Assembly: GCA_019637855.1 (NCBI GenBank)
Contig: JAHBUX010000001.1
Location: forward strand, 16,754 to 80,753
DNA length: 64,000 bases
Direction of reading: 5' to 3'
DNA from: Bdellovibrionales bacterium
GTDB lineage: Bacteria > Bdellovibrionota > Bdellovibrionia > Bdellovibrionales > UBA1609
Shown here: one piece after another, positions 56,998 to 64,000 of the stretch
Layout: each line of letters starts with the position of its first letter
Position numbering within the stretch: the stretch's first letter is position 1
Translations under genes and position numbers: made by a program
Notes under the pieces: generated by a model
Told to the model about the DNA's origin: nothing
Seen by the model: the letters and a program-made list of their open reading frames with translations, nothing else
The model's database searches: none

Positions 56998-57573
56998 CTA
57001 GACCTTACTCTTCAACTCGCGATAGCGAAAGCAACTGGTGAGATGGTCATTCACCATGCCGGTGGCTTGCATATGGGCATAGACAATGGTCGTACCGACA
57101 AATTTGAATCCGCGCTTTTTAAGGTCCTTGCTGAAAGCATCACTCTCTGGGGTCGAAGCGGGAATCTGGCCCGTGGCGGTTCGTCGATTCACGATGGGTT
57201 TACCACCCACAAACCGCCAACAGTAAGCATCAAAGCTGCCGAACTCTTTTTGCACGCGCAAGAAAGCTTCGGCGTTGGTGATTACCGATTCAATTTTTAG
57301 GCGATTACGAATAATTTCCGGATTGCCCATCAATTTTTTGATCTGCGCTTTGCTATACTTCACGATCTTCTTCGGATCGAAATCACTAAAAGCCTTCTTG
57401 TACCCTTTGCGGCGATGCAAGATTGTCCGCCAGCTTAAACCAGCCTGGGCACCCTCCAAAATCAAGAACTCAAAATGCTTCCGATCGTCGTGAACCGGCG
57501 CCCCCCACTCTTTGTCGTGATAAGCGATCATCAGCTCGTCCTCATTGCCCGGCCAAGTGCAACGCTTCTTCAT
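56998..57573 (-). CDS. tag: DNA-3-methyladenine glycosylase I
   Basis: RC.W, YHDKEWG, LEGAQAGLSW, IIRNRLKI, GFKFVG, GMVNDH...C. Confidence 0.95.
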   Translation of the reverse strand: MKKRCTWPGNEDELMIAYHDKEWGAPVHDDRKHFEFLILEGAQAGLSWRTILHRRKGYKKAFSDFDPKKIVKYSKAQIKKLMGNPEIIRNRLKIESVITNAEAFLRVQKEFGSFDAYCWRFVGGKPIVNRRTATGQIPASTPESDAFSKDLKKRGFKFVGTTIVYAHMQATGMVNDHLTSCFRYRELKSKV

Positions 57574-57654
57574 AAAGACTCCCGTAGGTGACAAACATGC
57601 AACCAAATCTTAAGATACCTGCATACTACGCCGCTCTAACGAAAGCGAATCTTT

Positions 57655-58014
57655 ATGAGTGCCGAACCGAAATGTCCCCAGTGCAGCGCTGAGTACACTT
57701 ATGCCGACGGAAACCTTTGGGTGTGCCCCAGTTGCGCGCATGAATGGAGTCAGCATGAATCCACAAATGCGGTCAGCGAACCGGAAGTCATCGACACAGC
57801 GATTCGCGATGCGCACGGCAATGTCCTGGCCGATGGCGATACCGTGACTGTGATTAAGGAGCTGAAGATCAAAGGCTCTTCTTCCGTGGTGAAGGTCGGA
57901 ACCAAGGTCAAAAATATTCGCCTCACCGATGGCGACGATGGCCACAATATCGCCTGCAAAATCGATGGTATCGGAGCTATGAATTTGAAGTCCGAATTCG
58001 TAAAGAAGGCTTAA
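57655..58014 (+). CDS. YjdM/PhnA zinc-ribbon protein
   Basis: CPQC...[34 protein letters not shown]. Confidence 0.92.
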   Translation: MSAEPKCPQCSAEYTYADGNLWVCPSCAHEWSQHESTNAVSEPEVIDTAIRDAHGNVLADGDTVTVIKELKIKGSSSVVKVGTKVKNIRLTDGDDGHNIACKIDGIGAMNLKSEFVKKA

Positions 58015-59012
58015 AACAGAGTGAGCTGTTCTTGTCGGCCGCCGATCAAATCGCTTTCTGGAAAAGCCTCGACGCCCAGCTGACGGAGATGCTTTACCAA
58101 AGCGCCTTCACCACGGTGTTGAACATAAACGCGACGAGCCCCAGTCTCTTTGATCGTACGTAAAAGATCATTCCAATCCGCGTGATCCGACATGACAAAG
58201 CCATGATCGTACCCGCCACCAAAACCACGCTGCCCCCCCGCCATCCAACCCGAAGCAAATGCGGTTTCATAGCGCGGGCCCAAAAGATGAGACTGCGAAG
58301 ATTTCAAAAATGACTGCGGTACCAAAAACAATTCGCCCTTTAGAGGTTGCGTTTCTGTCACCTGACTCAAGCAAATCGTGGGTGCCAATGCGATGCCTTG
58401 CGCACGGTAATGCCGGTTCATCTCACTGACCAAAGGATCGCAGTGCACCGGGTTGCGTGTGTGCTTCTGCAAAACTCCAAGCACTCGCTGAGCTTTGCCG
58501 AGAGAATAGGCGAACAATACACTGTTCACACCACGTTGACGATTGCGCGACCACCATTCAAATATCTGCAGTCCTAGATCCTGCCCCTTTTCCCAGGTGA
58601 AGGCCGGCGTACCGAAGGTCGCTTCTGTTACGAACACATCGCAAGCAACGGACTCAAAAGGTTCGCAGGTGGGATCTTCATCGCGTTTATAGTCGCCAGA
58701 GGCGACCCAAACCTCGCCACCATGCTCGATGCGCACTTGTGAGGAGCCAAGAATATGACCGGCAGGATGTAACGATAGACTAACGCCGTTGATTTCAAAT
58801 CTTTCGCCAAACGAATATGTTTTTACTTTGACCGCACCGATACGGGTGCGCAAAAGATCGACGCCCGAATGCACGCAGTAGTACATGCTGCTGCCGCGAC
58901 GGGCGTGATCGCTGTGAGCGTGCGTGATGACCGCATGGTCTACCCGACGCTTGGGATCGATATAAAAATCTCCGGCAGGACAGTACAGCCCTTTAGGGGT
59001 AAGGGTGAGCAT
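58011..59012 (-). CDS. Ligase-associated DNA-damage-response exonuclease (MBL/beta-CASP fold)
   Basis: [55 protein letters not shown]. Confidence 0.9.
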   Translation of the reverse strand: MLTLTPKGLYCPAGDFYIDPKRRVDHAVITHAHSDHARRGSSMYYCVHSGVDLLRTRIGAVKVKTYSFGERFEINGVSLSLHPAGHILGSSQVRIEHGGEVWVASGDYKRDEDPTCEPFESVACDVFVTEATFGTPAFTWEKGQDLGLQIFEWWSRNRQRGVNSVLFAYSLGKAQRVLGVLQKHTRNPVHCDPLVSEMNRHYRAQGIALAPTICLSQVTETQPLKGELFLVPQSFLKSSQSHLLGPRYETAFASGWMAGGQRGFGGGYDHGFVMSDHADWNDLLRTIKETGARRVYVQHRGEGALVKHLRQLGVEAFPESDLIGGRQEQLTLF

Positions 59013-59359
59013 CACTTGCAGTTATAAAGCTCATCGCCGGTAAACTCCAGGCGCAATTGCGCCAAGATCAGAGTTTCAGTCCCCGGCGTGGTGGAATGAA
59101 TCGTGGCGAAACCACGCAAGTGCTGAGTACGAATCGCTGAATTTGGATCACTGGCGTTCTCGCGATAGTAACGCGCGACTTCAAGATAGGGTACGACGCT
59201 GCCGCCCAGTACCGACACATTCCGGACTTTATAGGTGTTCTTTGGCAGTCCGGGCCCGTTTTCACATTCGTATGTTTTTTCGGCATACCCAAATGCGGTG
59301 GCGCTAATGAACAAGCTGCAAAAGCCAAGTGCCATCGTTGTACGCGAAATAAAAAACAT
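59012..59359 (-). CDS. Small secreted hypothetical protein
   Basis: Signal peptide ending AFG; GGGAG RBS; stop overlaps the exonuclease ATG (TGATG). Confidence 0.65.
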   Translation of the reverse strand: MFFISRTTMALGFCSLFISATAFGYAEKTYECENGPGLPKNTYKVRNVSVLGGSVVPYLEVARYYRENASDPNSAIRTQHLRGFATIHSTTPGTETLILAQLRLEFTGDELYNCK

Positions 59360-59497
59360 GATTGTGATCTCCCTTTAATTAAATTGCCTCAAGCATAGGC
59401 AAGTGGCCGTGCCGCTTCAACCTAAAGTTCTTGTCTCATGGACAGAAGCGAGCAACCGCGTGCATGATGACCACTCACGCAACCGTTACGAAAGGAA

Positions 59498-60265
59498 ATG
59501 CGAACTATGAAAATTATTTTGTTGGCCGTCAGCACACTGATTTTGTCGACGGTAAGCAGCTTGGCTTTAGCACAAACATGCCAAGATCTGCCCAAAGGTG
59601 AAGAGGTCAAGAAGGCGTTGATCGAGGCACGCAAGAACACCAATGGTGGTCTGAATCTAGATATGTGGGGCACTGTCGTAGATCGCAGCGGAACTGTCTG
59701 CTCTGTTGTCTACACCGGAGAAACAGTCGACGCGCAATGGCCCGGCAGCCGTGTGATCTCGGCGCAAAAAGCCAACACTGCCAATGCCTTTAGCTTAGCC
59801 GGTTCAGCCCTCTCGACGGCCAACTTGTATTCGGCCACTCAACCGGGCGGCTTTCTCTTTGGGTTGGCTGAGAGCAATCCGGTCAACCCGGCCGTTGCCT
59901 ATCAAGGCGCCGTGGCTACTTTCGGTAGCGCCAAAGACCCGATGATCGGTCAACGCGTTGGCGGAGTGAACGTGTTCGGCGGTGGACTCGCACTATACAA
60001 CTCGAAAGGACAAATCCTCGGAGGCCTCGGCGTGAGCGGGGACACTTCTTGCGCCGATCACAACATCGCTTGGCGCACACGCAATGCTCTGAAGCTCGAC
60101 TTCGTGCCCAAAGGCGTGAGTTCGGAAAAAGACAAAGTGGACAATATCGTCTACGACATCGGCATGACCGGAAAGAGCCGCGGCGGTTTCGGCCACCCCA
60201 AATGTGGCGGCAAAGAGCACGATCTGGCCAGAAAACTTCCGCCCGTTTCGACCGTCGCCAAGTAA
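59498..60265 (+). CDS. Secreted GlcG/HbpS-like heme-binding protein
   Basis: Signal peptide; VVDRSG, SAQKANTA, GGGLAL, GLGVSG. Confidence 0.85.
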   Translation: MRTMKIILLAVSTLILSTVSSLALAQTCQDLPKGEEVKKALIEARKNTNGGLNLDMWGTVVDRSGTVCSVVYTGETVDAQWPGSRVISAQKANTANAFSLAGSALSTANLYSATQPGGFLFGLAESNPVNPAVAYQGAVATFGSAKDPMIGQRVGGVNVFGGGLALYNSKGQILGGLGVSGDTSCADHNIAWRTRNALKLDFVPKGVSSEKDKVDNIVYDIGMTGKSRGGFGHPKCGGKEHDLARKLPPVSTVAK

Positions 60266-60268
60266 TTT

Positions 60269-61765
60269 CTAGCGACTGATCAAATAACGGCGAATCTCGT
60301 CCACATCGCCGTCTGCTGAAATCATCCCGATATAACCATCGGGACGAATAAGGTAGGCGGCACCTTTCTGCAAAAGCTTAGTCGCCATCTCTTCGTTCCA
60401 TTCATACAAATGAGTGTCCACTCCTGCTGCGACCACACCCAACGCTTTTGTCGCACCATAGACGTGAACCTGCCACGTCATGGTTTTTAACGGCGCAAAA
60501 TTATCCACACTGGAAATCCACGGCAACCGATCACCCGCGTGCAGCTCTCCAGCTTCGCCCTCATTGAATCCGCTATGGCGATAAGATATCGCGGTTTGCG
60601 AAATCGTACGGAATACGAAACGTTTCACAAAATCAAAATGCAAAGCTGTGGGAATTGCTATCGGCGCCAACCGCATTCGGATGAAACGAGCAAGTGTACC
60701 GCGCGAGCTGATCAGATGAAACGCCCGATCGGTGCTCTCAACCAGCTCACGGGCGAACGCAATACGTTCGGTTTCATAGGACTCAAGTGTGCGGGTGCTG
60801 CATTTACCCTTCAACACCTCGCCGAGCTTCCATGCCAGATTGATGGCATCTCCGATACCGGTGTTCATCCCCTGGCCGCCGACCGGCGAATGAATATGGC
60901 CCGCATCTCCCAATAGGAAAACACGACCTTTTTGAAAGTGCGAAGCCACGCGATGATGCACATGGTAAGTCGAGAACCAACGCACTTCTTTTACGCGGAT
61001 ATCCATCACCTTTGTCATATGAGGATTGATATCCTCCCATGTGAGCGACTTGTTCCCTACCTCTTCCGTGCGGACCGCGCCGATAAGGCGTGCATGACCT
61101 TTATCCTTCATAGGGAAGATGGCCAAAAAATCCGATTTGTCTAAAGAGGCGTGCAAGTCCCCATTGAGAACCGCGCCCTCACCTACAATATCAGCGACAT
61201 AAAACATTCCAGGATATGTACTGCCTTGAAAGCCTGTGCCCAATTGCTCGCGCACCACAGAGCGGGCCCCGTCACAACCCGCCAGGTAACTGACCGTGCA
61301 CTCTTCACTGGCGCCCGAAGGGCGGCGCAAGGTCGCGCGAACACCCGCTTCACTCTGTGTAAAGGACAGGAGCTCCGTTTGACGCTCGACCTCTACGCCA
61401 AGCTTCTTCAAGTGCGCCAGCAACAACTCTTCATGCTGATCTTGCGGAAAGATCAATACAAATGGGTACGGACTCACGCCCACACCGATTTCGCCGATAC
61501 TGAGTTCGGCTTTCGGCCTATGATCCACCCACAAGTGAACCTTAGGAAAGCGCAGACCAAGGTTGATCACCTCATCAGCCAAACCCATTTGACGATAGTA
61601 TTCCAAAGTACGGGCGTGCACGGCGAGGGCGCGAGAGGTCGTGCCAGGCCCCGTAGTTTTATCAATGATGCGAACGCGGATTCCGATTTTCGTTAGCCAA
61701 AGTGCCAACACCAGACCTGTTGGGCCGGCGCCAGCAATTAGGACTGAAGGCTTTGAATTGCTCAC
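60269..61765 (-). CDS. FAD-dependent monooxygenase (PheA/TfdB-like)
   Basis: GAGPTG, GCDGARS, GDAGHIHSPVGGQGMNTG, LIRPDGYI. Confidence 0.92.
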   Translation of the reverse strand: MSNSKPSVLIAGAGPTGLVLALWLTKIGIRVRIIDKTTGPGTTSRALAVHARTLEYYRQMGLADEVINLGLRFPKVHLWVDHRPKAELSIGEIGVGVSPYPFVLIFPQDQHEELLLAHLKKLGVEVERQTELLSFTQSEAGVRATLRRPSGASEECTVSYLAGCDGARSVVREQLGTGFQGSTYPGMFYVADIVGEGAVLNGDLHASLDKSDFLAIFPMKDKGHARLIGAVRTEEVGNKSLTWEDINPHMTKVMDIRVKEVRWFSTYHVHHRVASHFQKGRVFLLGDAGHIHSPVGGQGMNTGIGDAINLAWKLGEVLKGKCSTRTLESYETERIAFARELVESTDRAFHLISSRGTLARFIRMRLAPIAIPTALHFDFVKRFVFRTISQTAISYRHSGFNEGEAGELHAGDRLPWISSVDNFAPLKTMTWQVHVYGATKALGVVAAGVDTHLYEWNEEMATKLLQKGAAYLIRPDGYIGMISADGDVDEIRRYLISR

Positions 61766-61847
61766 GGGGCCAAGATAGCAGCCCTTCCGTCAAAACGGTA
61801 GCCGCATGATCCTTGGCTTTCTTGTTCACGGGGCGTAGGTTACGTCT

Positions 61848-62855
61848 ATGAAGACGCTGGCTTCGACTGCTATCTCTGTCCTTGATCTCGCCAAGATTTC
61901 CGCCGACAACACCATCGCGCAAACTTACGCCAACTGCAAACGCACGGCTCAGCATGTGGAACAGCTGGGGTACACACGCTACTGGTTGGCCGAGCACCAT
62001 AACATCGAGGGCATTGCCTCAGCCGCGACCTCTGTTTTGATCGGTTACATTGCGGAGAATACGAAGACCATCCGAGTTGGCTCGGGAGGTATTATGTTGC
62101 CCAACCACTCTCCTCTGATTGTGGCTGAGCAGTTTGCGACCCTCGAGACACTCTACCCTGGCCGTATCGATCTCGGCCTGGGCCGCGCACCCGGAACTGA
62201 TCGTCAAACCATGCTGGCCATCCGCCGCGACAGCCCTACGCGGGCCGATGACTTCGGTACCATGATCGAAGAACTACTCTACTACTTCAAAACGCCGGAG
62301 CCCGATCAAAAAGTGCGCGCTATCCCGGGGGCCGGTATGGAAATCCCGATTTATATCTTGGGTTCAAGTTTATTCAGCGCCCGCCTGGCCGCGCAACTCG
62401 GCAGACCATATGCCTTTGCCGGGCATTTCGCTCCTTCCGATATGATGAAGGCTTTTGATATTTATCGCAGTCAGTTTCGACCGTCAGCGGTTTTACAAAA
62501 ACCTTATGTGATGATGGGAGTTCCTGTCATCGCTGCCGATAGTGATGAGCGCGCCGCCTATTTGGCGACCAGTGTTCAACAGGCTTTTTTAGGAATGGTG
62601 CGCGGAAACCGCAAGCTCAACTTACCACCGGTGCCTAATATGGATGCGATCTGGAGTCCACATGAGAAACAAGCTGTGCAATCCATGCTTGGTCTGCTGG
62701 TGACCGGTGGGGTCACTCGCGTGCGACAGGAATTGGATGAACTGATTCGGGTCACTGGAGCCGATGAGCTAGTGATAACTTCCGACACCTATGAGCACAG
62801 CGATCGCCTCCGCTCATACGAAATCATCATGTCGGCCAAAAAAATTGAACCGTGA
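61848..62855 (+). CDS. LLM-class flavin-dependent oxidoreductase (YhbW-like)
   Basis: RYWLAEHHN, GSGGIMLPNH, GRIDLGLGRAPG. Confidence 0.92.
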   Translation: MKTLASTAISVLDLAKISADNTIAQTYANCKRTAQHVEQLGYTRYWLAEHHNIEGIASAATSVLIGYIAENTKTIRVGSGGIMLPNHSPLIVAEQFATLETLYPGRIDLGLGRAPGTDRQTMLAIRRDSPTRADDFGTMIEELLYYFKTPEPDQKVRAIPGAGMEIPIYILGSSLFSARLAAQLGRPYAFAGHFAPSDMMKAFDIYRSQFRPSAVLQKPYVMMGVPVIAADSDERAAYLATSVQQAFLGMVRGNRKLNLPPVPNMDAIWSPHEKQAVQSMLGLLVTGGVTRVRQELDELIRVTGADELVITSDTYEHSDRLRSYEIIMSAKKIEP

Positions 62856-62856
62856 T

Positions 62857-63225
62857 CTAAAGATAGTCTTTGGGTCGCAACGGCTTCAGGCCTTTGCCAC
62901 GCCGAGCCTCATCACAACGTGGATTGCGGATCCCATCTTCATAGCTGGGCTTGAAATCGCGGCAACAACTAGGACGGCGCAGGTAGATGCTGCAGCCCAC
63001 AGATTTGCCAATGTTCCCCGATAGAGCCACACAACGTGGTTTCGCTGTGTTTGTACCCAAGATCGCCAACGAATCAGGCGCCACTTTCTCGGTCAATTCT
63101 TTAGGAACGTTAAGAGAGTCGGGTTGAGTTTCGGTAGGATCAAAAAGCACGCGGTAGGTGGCACAGCAAGCGCCGCATTTTACGCACGGATGAATTGGCG
63201 TCGACGTCGGCTCTAAGGAATCCAT
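62857..63225 (-). CDS. YkgJ family cysteine-cluster protein
   Basis: CVKCGACC, RCVAL, CSIY..RPSCCRDF. Confidence 0.88.
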   Translation of the reverse strand: MDSLEPTSTPIHPCVKCGACCATYRVLFDPTETQPDSLNVPKELTEKVAPDSLAILGTNTAKPRCVALSGNIGKSVGCSIYLRRPSCCRDFKPSYEDGIRNPRCDEARRGKGLKPLRPKDYL

Positions 63226-63230
63226 TCCCC

Positions 63231-64000
63231 CTACTTTAGCTGCGAGAGGTACATCCACATGGCGCGCACTTCTGTCTCGCTGAGCTGTTTCAAAAGTGCA
63301 ACCGGCATGGGAGCTCGCAAATCCGTCTTGGTTTTTGCAGAGACTCCCGTGCGCACGGTGTTTACAAAATCCTCTTCAGTCCAACCTTCGGCGCCCAAAC
63401 GAAGCGAAGTGGCCGAGGGCCAATCAGGAGGCCCTCCCGGAATGGGACCACCTTGCAGGGCCGGGCCGTGACAGCCGACACACGCACTCTCTACCAAATA
63501 GCGACCAAAATCCTGAGTGGCTTCCTCGGGTGGCTTCTGCGTGAAAGGCGTTTCGATCTTCGTTTGTGTCGCCGGCAACAGAACGGGAATTTTATTGAAA
63601 GCTGAAAGAACTTTGGCCAAAGCTCCCACGCGCGCGGGCGGATTCGCCTTCTCGATCGCCGGCACCTGGCGCAAGTATGCAATAATGGCAGCCAGATCTT
63701 CTTTGCTAAGACTTTGATATTCATACGACGGCATAAAGATCAGCGAATGCCCCTTGCGATTCACTCCCGAGCGAATGGCCTTGGCGATCTCTTCGTCGCT
63801 CCAATCCTTCAATGCGTAGGGCGTAATATTGGCGCCATAAAAGGTGCCCATGGCCGGATCATCCATAATTTGTCGGCCAGAAAGATCTTCACCGTGACAA
63901 TCGGTGCAACCATTGCGAACGGTGACGATGCGTTTACCGATCTCGATATCGGCCTTAGGCATCTCCGCCGCAATTCCCAAATCAGGAATGGAATAGTGAT
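63231..64000 (-). CDS. Di-heme c-type cytochrome, 5'-truncated by window edge
   Basis: Two CxxCH motifs (CTDCH, CVGCH), ANITP, MP motifs. Confidence 0.9.
   Translation of the reverse strand, partial: HYSIPDLGIAAEMPKADIEIGKRIVTVRNGCTDCHGEDLSGRQIMDDPAMGTFYGANITPYALKDWSDEEIAKAIRSGVNRKGHSLIFMPSYEYQSLSKEDLAAIIAYLRQVPAIEKANPPARVGALAKVLSAFNKIPVLLPATQTKIETPFTQKPPEEATQDFGRYLVESACVGCHGPALQGGPIPGGPPDWPSATSLRLGAEGWTEEDFVNTVRTGVSAKTKTDLRAPMPVALLKQLSETEVRAMWMYLSQLK

Noticed and set aside
59399-59414. Sigma-54-like CGGCACGGCCACTTGC upstream of 59012..59359
   Set aside because: GG to GC spacing is 11 nt rather than the strict 10.

Overview
This 64 kb window is gene-dense chromosomal DNA, probably from a Bdellovibrionota (Bdellovibrio-like) bacterium. 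That assignment is inferred from two TIGR02147/DUF4423 regulators, FQNC-lipobox lipoproteins and many orphan secreted proteins. I recognised no rRNA, tRNA, CRISPR array, IS or prophage. Housekeeping content includes a divergent arginine biosynthesis cluster (argCJBFR / argGH, no argD) with tandem ARG boxes, ilvE, xth, a YegD-type Hsp70, slyD, a CLC-F type channel, a DEAD-box helicase, a TolC+RND pair with no adjacent adaptor, an Rrf2/DoxX/old-yellow-enzyme module with a visible operator, and divergent msrP/msrQ. The most unusual locus is 48962-53265. There, a LigD keeps intact phosphoesterase and polymerase motifs, but its ligase module has lost the adenylated lysine and the OB domain. It is followed not by Ku but by an uncharacterised helical protein, a stand-alone minimal nucleotidyltransferase (ligase-like) domain that retains the lysine, and DUF72. 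An orphan ligase-associated exonuclease with a clamp-binding-like tail and a tag glycosylase lie nearby. Together these are a candidate split, Ku-independent end-joining/repair system. Other candidates are a Zn-peptidase effector plus coupled small secreted partner, a pseudo-subtilase, a degenerate HNH-AP2 protein, a frameshifted/split TIGR02147 regulator and structured non-coding segments. All family calls come from motif recognition by eye; no database search was run.
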